A stretch of 64,000 nucleotides of DNA from Minisyncoccia bacterium (GTDB taxonomy: Bacteria > Patescibacteriota > Minisyncoccia > Phycocordibacterales > UBA9973): positions 1,533-65,532 of the forward strand of contig JBGSSJ010000014.1 in assembly GCA_041737125.1 (NCBI GenBank), given 5' to 3'. The notes under the pieces are model-generated. The model saw only the letters and a list, made by a program, of their open reading frames with translations. It searched no databases and was not told the origin of the DNA. The position numbers and the translations under genes were made by a program. Below, piece after piece: positions 20,071 to 29,121 of this stretch. The first letter of the stretch is position 1. Every line of letters starts with the position of its first letter.

Positions 20071-20691
20071 GTGAAAATCAATCCTCATAAAACTGAACAT
20101 CTTTGTTATAATGGTCCTATTGGTAATGGAGATAAGAATAATCATATTAAGATTAAGATTGGAGTATCTGGTGCAGCAGAAACTGGGCTTTGTGGTGCAA
20201 ATGCCTTTGCCCAAGGTAAAGAGCTGGGCCGCCAGATAGTCCTTCAAGGTGGAGTACTAGTCACAGGAGCAACCACCGGCTTCCCATTATGGTCTGCTAT
20301 TGGTGCTAAAGAGGAGAGAGGTGTCAGTATCGGACTCTCTCCTGCAGCGAACGAGCGCGAGCATGTAGATGCATATAGACTACCACTTGATTATATGGAT
20401 CTGATTATTTATACAGGTTTTGGTTTCCCTGGCAGAGATTTACTTTTTACTCGTAGTTGTGATGCTATTGTTATCGGATGTGGACGAATAGGCACAATAC
20501 ATGAATTCACAATCGCATTTGAAGATGGTAAGCCCATAGGTATACTCGAAGGGGACTGGACCATGGATGAGACTATTAGAGATATCATTGATAGGAGTGG
20601 TAGACCAAATGATAGAATAGTTTTCGACAAAGACCCTGAAGTTCTAGTAGAGAAAGTTATAGAAATGGTTGAAAAGATAAAGATAAAATAA
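20071..20691 (+). CDS. LOG/SLOG family Rossmann-fold protein (TIGR00725-like)
   Basis: IGVSGA, LVTGATTG, YTGFGFPGRD, GRIGTIHE; start uncertain. Confidence 0.75.
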   Translation: MKINPHKTEHLCYNGPIGNGDKNNHIKIKIGVSGAAETGLCGANAFAQGKELGRQIVLQGGVLVTGATTGFPLWSAIGAKEERGVSIGLSPAANEREHVDAYRLPLDYMDLIIYTGFGFPGRDLLFTRSCDAIVIGCGRIGTIHEFTIAFEDGKPIGILEGDWTMDETIRDIIDRSGRPNDRIVFDKDPEVLVEKVIEMVEKIKIK

Positions 20692-20723
20692 AACCCCTCC
20701 GACCTGGGTCGGAGGGGTTTTAT
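20688..20723. terminator. Bidirectional terminator between convergent genes
   Basis: AAAACCCCTCCGACC-TG-GGTCGGAGGGGTTTT perfect inverted repeat. Confidence 0.8.
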
Positions 20724-20724
20724 T

Positions 20725-21066
20725 TTATATTGCTTTTACTATTCTCTCGAATGTTTGTGGATTCTTATTTGCAATGTCGGATAAGATCTTGCGGTCAATT
20801 ACTATGTTCTTCTTCTTTAGGCCATCGATGAACTTACTGTATGTTATGCCCATTGGACGAACCGCAGCATTGATACGTAGTGTCCATAAGCTTCTTGCAT
20901 CTGCCTTCTTGTCTTTCCTGTGGGCAAATGAGTATGCACCAGCGTGAGCAATAGCTTCTGTTGCTTGAGCAACCTTTGTACTACGACCGAAACGATAACC
21001 TTTTGTTTGAGCAAGAATATTCTTCTTGCGCTTACTCTTCATTGGACCTCTTTTTACTCTTGTCAT
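20725..21066 (-). CDS. rplT: 50S ribosomal protein L20
   Basis: MTRVKRG...KGYR...RSLWTLRINAA...YSKFI..L...DRKILS. Confidence 0.97.
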   Translation of the reverse strand: MTRVKRGPMKSKRKKNILAQTKGYRFGRSTKVAQATEAIAHAGAYSFAHRKDKKADARSLWTLRINAAVRPMGITYSKFIDGLKKKNIVIDRKILSDIANKNPQTFERIVKAI

Positions 21067-21098
21067 ATTGATTAATTAAATTAATAATTGTTAATTTA

Positions 21099-21296
21099 TT
21101 AGTTACTTGCGTTGGCTAAATATGTACGACGATTCTTGTTGGAAATAGCGAAGTCATTCATCTTCTTGCCATTTAATTGCTTTCTACGAGACTGCTTGGC
21201 ATTGAAGTGGTTGAAGCCTGGAGCACGTGACAGTATCTTGCCTTTCTTTGTAACTTTTAGACGCTTTGTTAATGATTTGTTTGTTTTTATACTCAT
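21099..21296 (-). CDS. rpmI: 50S ribosomal protein L35
   Basis: MSIKTNKSLTKRLKVTKKGKI...H; between infC and rplT. Confidence 0.92.
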   Translation of the reverse strand: MSIKTNKSLTKRLKVTKKGKILSRAPGFNHFNAKQSRRKQLNGKKMNDFAISNKNRRTYLANASN

Positions 21297-21300
21297 ATAA

Positions 21301-21834
21301 TTATTTTGATATTGGTGCAACCGGTGCCCCTCTATCCTTTTCTATTGTAATAGTTGGACCTTTTGGACCTTTCTTGTAAGCTTCCGCTACTTTGAAATTC
21401 TCAGTTATAAGATGAAGAACTCTGTCTAATCTTTCTTTTAAGAATGGATCTGGCATATATTTGGATCTTCCTGAGAGGAATAATTCTACTTTTATGCGAT
21501 GTCCTTCCTTTAGCCACTCTGAAGCTTTGCGAGCTTTGAGTGCAAGATCATTATCACCTGTACCTATCTTTATTTGTATAGATTTGGTCTCGGTGGTTTT
21601 GGCTCCTGCTTTGGCTTTCTTCTGTTTCTTATTCTGTTCGTATTGGTATTTACCAAAATCTGCTATTTTTACTATCGGTGGATTTGTATTTGGGGAAATT
21701 TCAATCAAGTCAAAGCCTTGAGCTTGGGCCATAGCAAAGGCATCTTTAAAACTTAAAATACCAAGGTTTTCACCGGTGCTTGAGATTACGCGAATCTCAT
21801 TGGCTCGTATTTGATTGTTGATTCTTTCTCTCAA
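21301..21834 (-). CDS. infC: Translation initiation factor IF-3
   Basis: RINNQIRA..IRVI, DLIEISP...PPIVKIADFGKY.YE; non-AUG start (TTG 21834 or ATA 21840). Confidence 0.96.
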   Translation of the reverse strand: MRERINNQIRANEIRVISSTGENLGILSFKDAFAMAQAQGFDLIEISPNTNPPIVKIADFGKYQYEQNKKQKKAKAGAKTTETKSIQIKIGTGDNDLALKARKASEWLKEGHRIKVELFLSGRSKYMPDPFLKERLDRVLHLITENFKVAEAYKKGPKGPTITIEKDRGAPVAPISK

Positions 21835-21932
21835 TTTTATGTAATCCTTCCGATAAAATAATAGATTGTCTTACTCTTTGGCAAGACTGGCCTACAAAAC
21901 AAATACTAGCATATCTATGTTAGTATGGCAAT

Positions 21933-22769
21933 ATGGAGGACACTATGATAATAGCTTACAAAAATATGGGGGAAACACCCCTTGCATGCCTAGAGAGGGT
22001 ACGCCAAGAGCGCTCTCTTCCTGCAAATCTTCCTATGACTTATGCAGGCCGGCTAGACCCTATGGCAGAAGGTGTCATGATTATACTTTTGGGGGAGGAG
22101 TGTAAGAATAAAGATAAATATCTAGGCTTAGATAAGATATATGAATTTGAAATATTGGTAGGTTTTGCAACTGATACTTATGATTTATTAGGAATGGTGC
22201 TAGAGTCCTCGAATGAAGGATTACGAACGGTCTGGCCGAGCTTCCAAAAGAATTCGGCGAGGAGATCCGAGGACCTGAGTAATTCTTCATTGGAGGATGG
22301 AAGGGAAAATCTTTTTTCCGGCTTTACTCAAACTTTCCAATCTTTCATCGGCACATTTGTACAGAAGTATCCGAGCTTCTCTTCGAAGACGATAGATGGC
22401 AAGCAACTTTTCCAACTTTCTAAAGATGATAATTTACCAGACGAGCTTCCATCTCATACCGTGACGATTAGCGAACTATTATGTACTAGTACATGGATAC
22501 AAAAGAAAGATGAGTTAGAGACGGAAATAAAGAGGCGCATAGGACTTGTTCATGGTGACTTCCGCCAAGAAGAAATATTAAATAGATGGCATGAAGTTTT
22601 GGAGAACTTAACACAAGAATCTTTCAAGATTATTGCGTGTACAGTGTCTGCTAGTAGTGGCACATACGTTAGACAACTAGTCGCTGATATCAGTGAGAAG
22701 ATGGGAATTCCTATGACAACTTATTCTATAAAACGTACGAATGTAGGGGAATACAAGCTAAATTCATAA
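21933..22769 (+). CDS. truB: tRNA pseudouridine-55 synthase TruB-like, with an in-frame palindromic insert
   Basis: AGRLDPMAEGV, K.Y.F....G.ATDTYD, Q.YP.FSSK.IDGK.L, SSGTYVRQL. Confidence 0.85.
   Translation: MEDTMIIAYKNMGETPLACLERVRQERSLPANLPMTYAGRLDPMAEGVMIILLGEECKNKDKYLGLDKIYEFEILVGFATDTYDLLGMVLESSNEGLRTVWPSFQKNSARRSEDLSNSSLEDGRENLFSGFTQTFQSFIGTFVQKYPSFSSKTIDGKQLFQLSKDDNLPDELPSHTVTISELLCTSTWIQKKDELETEIKRRIGLVHGDFRQEEILNRWHEVLENLTQESFKIIACTVSASSGTYVRQLVADISEKMGIPMTTYSIKRTNVGEYKLNS
22206..22297 (+). mobile_element. Coding-region palindromic element, copy in truB
   Basis: 19-bp arms TCCTCGAATGAAGGATTAC / GTAATTCTTCATTGGAGGA; core GTCTGGCC...CGAGGAGATCCGAGGAC shared with the ligA insert. Confidence 0.75.
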
Positions 22770-22773
22770 AATA

Positions 22774-24111
22774 CTAGCTTATGTATTTATTTGCTCTCTC
22801 TATGAGTTCCTCTGCGCGAGCTTTATCACGTGCTTCAGCCCAGATGCGCATAATAGGCTCAGTGTTGGAAGAGCGTAGTTGGACCCATGAAGAGTCGGGG
22901 AAGTCCACACGGATACCGTCTTGTAGATCCACTTTCCCTTCTTTAAACTCAAGGGCTACTTTCTCTAGTATGCCTTTAATCTCTCCAGTGAATACTATTT
23001 TCGTTTTAATGAATTCATACCGAGGTAGGCTCTCTACTATCTCAGATACTTTCTTACCTTCACGAGTTATAAGCTCAAGTATGAGCGCCATACCCACGAG
23101 ACTGTCGCGGCATAAATTTATTTTCGGATATATTACTCCGCCACTACCTTCACCACCTATAACTGCATTGTGTTCGATAATGCCTCGGACTACATTCCCC
23201 TCACCAACACTTGTACGATAATTTATAAAACCTTTTTCTTTTACCAAGTCCTCGCTTGTATTTGAAGTCGAGACATTCGTGACTATATCACCAGGATTTT
23301 GACTTAGGACATTTTTAATACATAGAGCAAGCATATATTCCTCGAGCACTATCTTGCCTTGCTCGTCACATATGACTAGTCTATCTGCGTCGGGATCTTG
23401 AGCGAAGCCTATGTCGGCGCCAACTTCTCTTACTTTGTCGCCCAATGATTGTAAGTTGATAGCGAGTGGTTCGGGCATGTGAGCGAAGTTCCCATCAGGC
23501 TCGCCATTCATAACTGTGACTTCGCATCCAAGATGCTCAAGTAGCATAGGCCCGAGCTTGTATCCTGCTCCATTGATAGTGTCGATGACTACTTTCCACT
23601 TCTTCTCTTTTATCTTCTCTTTATCTACATTATCCACGACATGATTTACATGGAGTACATCTATGTCACTATTCTCGGACACTGATCCACCAGGGACTTC
23701 TTTTGGTTTCTTGCCTAGATAACTTTTTATTTCGGCTAGTTCCTGAAAATCTAAATAGAAGGCCTTCTTATCGAATAATTTAATACCGTTATATTCCGGA
23801 GGGTTGTGTGAAGCGCTAATCATAATACTGCCATCAAATGGTGTCGTCCTTTGTAGGAATAGAAGGGTAGGGGTAGGTAGTATTCCTGTATCTACCACTT
23901 TGAAGCCTGCCTTGGTAAGTACATCTATAGCTATATTTATAATAGTAGGGCCTGATTTACGAGTGTCTCTACCTAGGATCACTTTCTTCGCACCTTTGTT
24001 CTGTAGATAGACAGCGTAGGCTTCAATATGGGTGCGAGCTATGTCCTCGGTCAGAGTCTCACCCCAGACTCCACGAAGTCCCGATATTCCAAATTTTGCT
24101 TCATTTACCAT
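22774..24111 (-). CDS. Phosphoglucosamine mutase / phosphomannomutase family
   Basis: FGISGLRG, GRDTRKSG, ISASHNP, DPDADR, GGEGSGG, RSSNTEP; start MVNE at 24111. Confidence 0.92.
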   Translation of the reverse strand: MVNEAKFGISGLRGVWGETLTEDIARTHIEAYAVYLQNKGAKKVILGRDTRKSGPTIINIAIDVLTKAGFKVVDTGILPTPTLLFLQRTTPFDGSIMISASHNPPEYNGIKLFDKKAFYLDFQELAEIKSYLGKKPKEVPGGSVSENSDIDVLHVNHVVDNVDKEKIKEKKWKVVIDTINGAGYKLGPMLLEHLGCEVTVMNGEPDGNFAHMPEPLAINLQSLGDKVREVGADIGFAQDPDADRLVICDEQGKIVLEEYMLALCIKNVLSQNPGDIVTNVSTSNTSEDLVKEKGFINYRTSVGEGNVVRGIIEHNAVIGGEGSGGVIYPKINLCRDSLVGMALILELITREGKKVSEIVESLPRYEFIKTKIVFTGEIKGILEKVALEFKEGKVDLQDGIRVDFPDSSWVQLRSSNTEPIMRIWAEARDKARAEELIERANKYIS

Positions 24112-24248
24112 AGCCTTATAATACCAGGGTAAAACTGATAAACCAAATTCCAAAAGGTCCATAACCCTACTTACTTGACTATTTATGCATATAGTTGTAT
24201 TATTTATACGAACAGGAATCACATTTTTCATCCATAAAAACAAAAATT

Positions 24249-24476
24249 ATGGAAAATATGAATCATCAAGATGAGTTCGGCTATACCCCAAAATGGTATA
24301 TGTCGATGGGTTTTTTTTCCTTATCAATTTTTATTTGCATCATTGTTATGATGTTAATAAAACACCCTGAGGATGAAAACTTGGGACTTTATCCTTTTGT
24401 TTTTGTAGGCTCTTTAGGGCTTGCAATATTGCTCTTTTTAAGAGCTTTTTATCTTAAAAAAAGACAACAAGGGTAA
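24249..24476 (+). CDS. Small hypothetical membrane protein (2 TM)
   Basis: ORF with two hydrophobic segments; ATG at 24249. Confidence 0.55.
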   Translation: MENMNHQDEFGYTPKWYMSMGFFSLSIFICIIVMMLIKHPEDENLGLYPFVFVGSLGLAILLFLRAFYLKKRQQG

Positions 24477-24608
24477 AAATGGTAAAATTTACTTTACTAC
24501 AACAGACAACTGCACTTATTAACCCTAAGAACAGTTGTTTTTTTATGCCTAAAATTTCTTTGACTATTTTTGAGTTTCGTGGTAATTTAAAATAAAAAAT
24601 TTAAAAGC

Positions 24609-25019
24609 ATGAGAAATGAAAAAACCACGCTGTATTTTTGGCTATCAGCGTTAGCCGTATCCGTATTGGGTCTAGTGATTACCTTGTGGGTTGTTGAGAA
24701 TTCACAAAATTATCGTTTTAGTAAGATACTGTGTTCATTCATAGCGCTACTATCGATATGGGAACTTAGGCCTTATATTGTGGAAAGGTTCGGGTATCTT
24801 TATATACCCGTAAAAGTGATTGAAAATAATAAAACCCGATATTCTAAAATCCGGTACTACAAGAAAAAAGATTTGTACGAACTAAAAGAAAAAGATGGTT
24901 CGTACCGGGAATTAACAATAGGGGAAATCCAACTATTTCAATCTTCCTCTAACGTAGGACCCGGGCAAAAAATTGTCCTTAATTTTTCAGAACTAAACAA
25001 AAAAATCAAAAGCGCCTAA
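24609..25019 (+). CDS. Hypothetical membrane-anchored protein
   Basis: 136-aa ORF with N-terminal TM segments; upstream TTGACT promoter-like site; downstream hairpin. Confidence 0.6.
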   Translation: MRNEKTTLYFWLSALAVSVLGLVITLWVVENSQNYRFSKILCSFIALLSIWELRPYIVERFGYLYIPVKVIENNKTRYSKIRYYKKKDLYELKEKDGSYRELTIGEIQLFQSSSNVGPGQKIVLNFSELNKKIKSA

Positions 25020-25105
25020 TGTTTAGAAAAATTATTAATGCATCGCCTTATTACAAGAGCGGTGCATTTTAGTTTCACCTATCAATAATATGTTAATATA
25101 AGTAT

Positions 25106-25549
25106 ATGACACTTTTGATAGACAACAGGAAAGCACACTTTAATTATGAGGTTGTAAGCCGATACGAAGCAGGTATTGAGCTTTTGGGCTTGGAAGTGAA
25201 GTCTATCAAGAACGGCCGAGCGATACTTGCTGGAGCATTTGCTATAGTGCGCGGAGGTGAAGTCTATCTTATGAATATGCAAATCCCACCTTACCAAGTA
25301 GGGAACACCCCGCTTGATTATGACCCGACTCGTACTCGCAAGCTCTTGCTAAGTAGGAAACAGATTAATGAAATAGCCCCGAATGGTGACATGAAGAGTT
25401 TGACGCTAGTACCATTATCATTGTATAGTAAAGGGCGCTTGATAAAAGTAGAACTCGCTGTCGTAAAAGGTAAGAAGAATTACGACAAGAGGGAGACCAT
25501 AAAGAAGCGGGAGACAGATAGGGAGATAGATCGCGAGTATAAGAGATAA
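25106..25549 (+). CDS. smpB: SsrA-binding protein
   Basis: NRKAHFNY...EAGIELLGLEVKSIK...RTRKLLL...KGKKNYDKRETIK. Confidence 0.98.
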   Translation: MTLLIDNRKAHFNYEVVSRYEAGIELLGLEVKSIKNGRAILAGAFAIVRGGEVYLMNMQIPPYQVGNTPLDYDPTRTRKLLLSRKQINEIAPNGDMKSLTLVPLSLYSKGRLIKVELAVVKGKKNYDKRETIKKRETDREIDREYKR

Positions 25550-25627
25550 TTACAAATGACGAGTTACGAATTACGAATGGAGCCCACTTGGATTTCATTA
25601 TTAATTAGTAATTTGAAATTCGTAATT
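25548..25627. repeat. Heptamer tandem units (AATTACG-like x4) followed by inverted units (CGTAATT-like x4)
   Basis: Read directly between smpB and ssrA. Confidence 0.7.
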
Positions 25628-25651
25628 AAAATTTTCTTTGAAAATTTATAT

Positions 25652-26044
25652 GGGACTGACGGGCTTCGACGAAGGATCGTCCTCATAAATATGCATGTAA
25701 AGTACCCAGGAATCTTTTAAAACTTCTTGGAAAAGACTAAGTGCAAACAAAGTCGCTTCAATTAAATCACCTTACTCTTTTGGGTTTGGTAATTTAGTTC
25801 CTGCTGTCGCCTAAACGGTCACACAGGTGTCTCTCTTATCGACATCCGATACATAGGGGAGGCATAATTTATCGGGTTACGAATCTATCACTGCTTGAGT
25901 TAGATTCCGACAATGAAGAGCTCGGTGTTCACTTTTTTTGTTTGTTCTCTAGAGTGAATATTTAAACCAAATGAACATACTACACATGTAGATTTATTTA
26001 TGAACATCTTTTGCATCTGGGTTCAACTCCCAGCAGTTCCACCA
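25652..26044 (+). ncRNA. ssrA: tmRNA
   Basis: 5' GGGACTGA...TTCGAC; 3' GGTTCAACTCCCAGCAGTTCCACCA with a G3-U70 pair; tag ORF 25743-25814 ANKVASIKSPYSFGFGNLVPAVA*; adjacent to smpB. Confidence 0.95.
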
Positions 26045-26271
26045 TTTCACACCCCTAACTTTATCCCCACCTACTTATTGATGCATTTATTCTATCTAGT
26101 ATAATTATAAGTAAGATTGTATTATTTTTTCTTTGTATAAAAGAAAAAAGAGCTTTCCTAACGAGGTCTAAATGAAGGGTAGGCCCAATGCGCCCTTTGT
26201 TTCTAAAAATTCTTTTCTTGCTTTGGATTTTATCTAAAGTAAAATAACTTATATTGTGGGTGTGGGGATGT

Positions 26272-26314
26272 AAAGAGCGTGTGCTAAGGTTTACCTTGCC
26301 ACGCTTCTTTTTTT
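26272..26314 (+). terminator. Intrinsic terminator of an ORF-less transcription unit
   Basis: AAAGAGCGTG...CACGCTTCTTTTTT hairpin. Confidence 0.6.
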
Positions 26315-26480
26315 ATCCCCACCCATCTATTGACGACATATTGTATTTTATGTACCCTAAAAAGATAAGTTTGTTTTTAGTTTTTTACAATCTCCTGAAC
26401 TGAGGACTCAGGGAACAAAGAAATTAAAAACAAATTCAGATCTTTCAACAATTTTTTTCATCATTTAAATCTTACGATCT

Positions 26481-26855
26481 ATGAAAAAGTTAATTCTTTT
26501 CCTGTCGTTGATTATGTTAGTAGGCATTGCTTTTGCCTACACACCTATGGCCTCACCACAGACAGAGGACCAACAAGTGGCTTCCGATTTTGTTTTTGCA
26601 GCTATTATTGTACCTGATGCCGCAAACTGCCAGGAGTGGCAAAGTTTCACTACCGACATTGTGGCTACTCTTGGTATAAAAGTTGGTGGCGAAAATAAAC
26701 TGGAAGAACAAGCAAGCAACAGCGGCGCGATAAAAGCAGGCAATCCCGGGGAGGTGGATTATTCTATGAAAACACATATAAATGTTAATTCAGAAAATAA
26801 CACTACCGATGCAACAGCCGTAAACACGATGGAACATTTCGTTCCCCGTGAGTAA
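26481..26855 (+). CDS. Hypothetical secreted protein
   Basis: MKKLILFLSLIMLVGIAFA signal-peptide-like N-terminus. Confidence 0.65.
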   Translation: MKKLILFLSLIMLVGIAFAYTPMASPQTEDQQVASDFVFAAIIVPDAANCQEWQSFTTDIVATLGIKVGGENKLEEQASNSGAIKAGNPGEVDYSMKTHINVNSENNTTDATAVNTMEHFVPRE

Positions 26856-26964
26856 GTGCCCGTATAATTTTAACAAATGCAGTACCAGTGCAATTGAGTG
26901 TAGAGGGATTATTCCTTCTGCACTTATTTTTTTTATCCACCTTTTCGTGTATAATACTCCTACC

Positions 26965-28851
26965 ATGCAGATTAAAAACAAAAAACAACAACCTAAAAAA
27001 CTCAATATTATCAACCAGATTGTGATTGCTATATTCATATTCATGAGTATCAGCATCCTCTACTCTTTCGTAGCGAAAAGTCCTGAAGAGATCAAGCCTC
27101 TAGCAATATCAGACGTAGCCAAAGGTGTGATAGAAGGCAAGATAAAGAAGATAGATGTTGTAGGACAAGATGTGTCCGTAGTATTTTCCGATGATACGAA
27201 AGGCAAAGCGAAGAAGGAGCTCGAAGCTTCATTGTCAGAGACATTATTTAACTACGGCGTGACGAAAGAGCAACTAGCTGCGACCCCTATAGAAGTGAAG
27301 AATGAAAGTGGCTTCGGTTACTGGATTATGAATATCTTGCCATTCTTGCTACCTGTACTACTAATAGTGTTCTTCGTATGGATGCTCTCTCGCCAAGTGA
27401 AAGGCCAAGGCATGCAAGCTTTCACATTCGGTCAGTCGAAGGCTCGTATTACAGATCCGAACGATAAGAATAATAAAGTGACTTTCAAGGACGTAGCCGG
27501 CGCCAAAGAAGCGAAAGAAGAGTTAAAAGAGATAGTAGACTTCCTAAAGAATCCGAAAAAGTTCCTCGACATCGGTGCAAGAATACCCAAAGGTGTGCTA
27601 CTTACAGGTTCACCAGGTACAGGTAAGACTTTGCTTGCGCGAGCAGTGGCAGGTGAGGCCGGTGTGCCGTTCTTCCATTTATCCGGATCTGAATTCGTAG
27701 AAATGTTCGTCGGTGTCGGTGCTTCTCGTGTGCGTGACCTTTTCAAGATGGCGAAGAATGCATCACCCGCAATAGTCTTCATTGATGAGATAGATGCAGT
27801 AGGCCGTGTGCGTGGCACAGGTGTAGGTGGAGGTAATGATGAGAGAGAGCAGACACTAAACCAGATACTAGTCGAGATGGATGGCTTCGAACCCAATGAG
27901 AAGGTCATAGTCATGGCAGCGACGAATCGCTCTGATGTGCTTGACCCAGCATTACTACGTCCGGGCAGATTTGACCGTAGGGTGAAGCTTGATCTACCTG
28001 ATAGGTCTGATCGTGAAGATATACTTACAATACATAGCGCGAAGAAGCCTTTTGCAGAAGATGTGAATCTGAAAGTTATTGCCGAGCGTACTCCAGGATT
28101 CTCTGGTGCAGATCTATATTCACTGATGAATGAAGGTGCGATACTTGCTGCACGTGAAGATAGGAAGAAGGTCTCTCAGTTCGATCTTATTCGTTCTATA
28201 GAGAAGGTGATGATGGGTCCTGAGCGTAAGAGCCACTTGCTATCGAAGAAAGAGAAAGAGATAACAGCTTACCATGAAGCAGGGCATGCACTCGTGGCAT
28301 CTGTGCTCCCTTATGCAGACCCAGTGCACAAAGTGTCCATCGTTTCTCGTGGTAGTGCTGGAGGCTACACATTGAAGCTTCCACTCGAAGAACGCAAACT
28401 TCAAAGCAAGAAAGAATTCCTCGATGATATAGCTATGGCTATGGGAGGCTATGCTGCAGAGAAAATGATTTTCGGAGATATAACTACTGGCCCATCGAAT
28501 GACTTGCAAGTAGCGACAAGCATGGCTCGTGCTATGGTCACTAGGTGGGGTATGAGTGATGAGATAGGCCCGATAGCACTTGAGAGTGATGGAGGGAGGA
28601 CAATGTTCGGTCGTGGAGTGAATGACCAGGAATACTCTGAGCGTGTCGGTGCACTGATCGATGGTGAAGTATCGAAGATTATGAATGAAGCACTTGCTGT
28701 TGCGAACAAGACACTGACTGATCACCGCAAAGTTCTCGATGCAATAGCGCTCAAGCTTGTAGAAGTAGAGACACTCGAGCAAGATGAATACAATCAGCTC
28801 ATTATCGCGAATGGAATAATGCCAAAAATGAAGGAAGAGGTGAAGGCTTAA
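26965..28851 (+). CDS. ftsH: ATP-dependent zinc metalloprotease FtsH
   Basis: 2 [30 protein letters not shown]; start MQIK at 26965. Confidence 0.98.
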   Translation: MQIKNKKQQPKKLNIINQIVIAIFIFMSISILYSFVAKSPEEIKPLAISDVAKGVIEGKIKKIDVVGQDVSVVFSDDTKGKAKKELEASLSETLFNYGVTKEQLAATPIEVKNESGFGYWIMNILPFLLPVLLIVFFVWMLSRQVKGQGMQAFTFGQSKARITDPNDKNNKVTFKDVAGAKEAKEELKEIVDFLKNPKKFLDIGARIPKGVLLTGSPGTGKTLLARAVAGEAGVPFFHLSGSEFVEMFVGVGASRVRDLFKMAKNASPAIVFIDEIDAVGRVRGTGVGGGNDEREQTLNQILVEMDGFEPNEKVIVMAATNRSDVLDPALLRPGRFDRRVKLDLPDRSDREDILTIHSAKKPFAEDVNLKVIAERTPGFSGADLYSLMNEGAILAAREDRKKVSQFDLIRSIEKVMMGPERKSHLLSKKEKEITAYHEAGHALVASVLPYADPVHKVSIVSRGSAGGYTLKLPLEERKLQSKKEFLDDIAMAMGGYAAEKMIFGDITTGPSNDLQVATSMARAMVTRWGMSDEIGPIALESDGGRTMFGRGVNDQEYSERVGALIDGEVSKIMNEALAVANKTLTDHRKVLDAIALKLVEVETLEQDEYNQLIIANGIMPKMKEEVKA

Positions 28852-28974
28852 CAAATCACTAAAATTCGGTTAGTATGTATAAGTTATACGATAACCGCAA
28901 TTCTACCCTTAGCTGTTTTGGTTAGTTAAGCAGGTGAAAAACCTTTGGTTGTTTAGGTATATAAACAACATTAA

Positions 28975-29048
28975 CCACCCTTAGCTCAGTTGGTTAGAGC
29001 ACAGAGCTTATACCTCTGGGGTCCTTGGTTCGAATCCAAGAGGGTGGA
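28975..29048 (+). tRNA. tRNA-Ile(UAU)
   Basis: Acceptor CCACCCT/AGGGTGG+A; D-arm GCTC/GAGC; anticodon arm CAGAG-CTTATAC-CTCTG (TAT at 29009-29011); T-arm CTTGG-TTCGAAT-CCAAG. Confidence 0.9.
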
Positions 29049-29121
29049 CATTAAAAAGCTTTATAATCTGTTAAAACATTAATTGATTGATTATCAATTA
29101 ATAATGTAATAATATATAGCT

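Noticed and set aside
22230-22274. Element core as a hammerhead ribozyme or an intein
   Set aside because: No CUGANGA/GAAA core on either strand; too short, no intein terminal residues, and the frames differ between copies
28240-28854. Long antisense ORFs in the track (this 204-aa one, also 22781-23221 and 27432-27914)
   Set aside because: They are shadows of well-supported genes on the opposite strand and have no motifs
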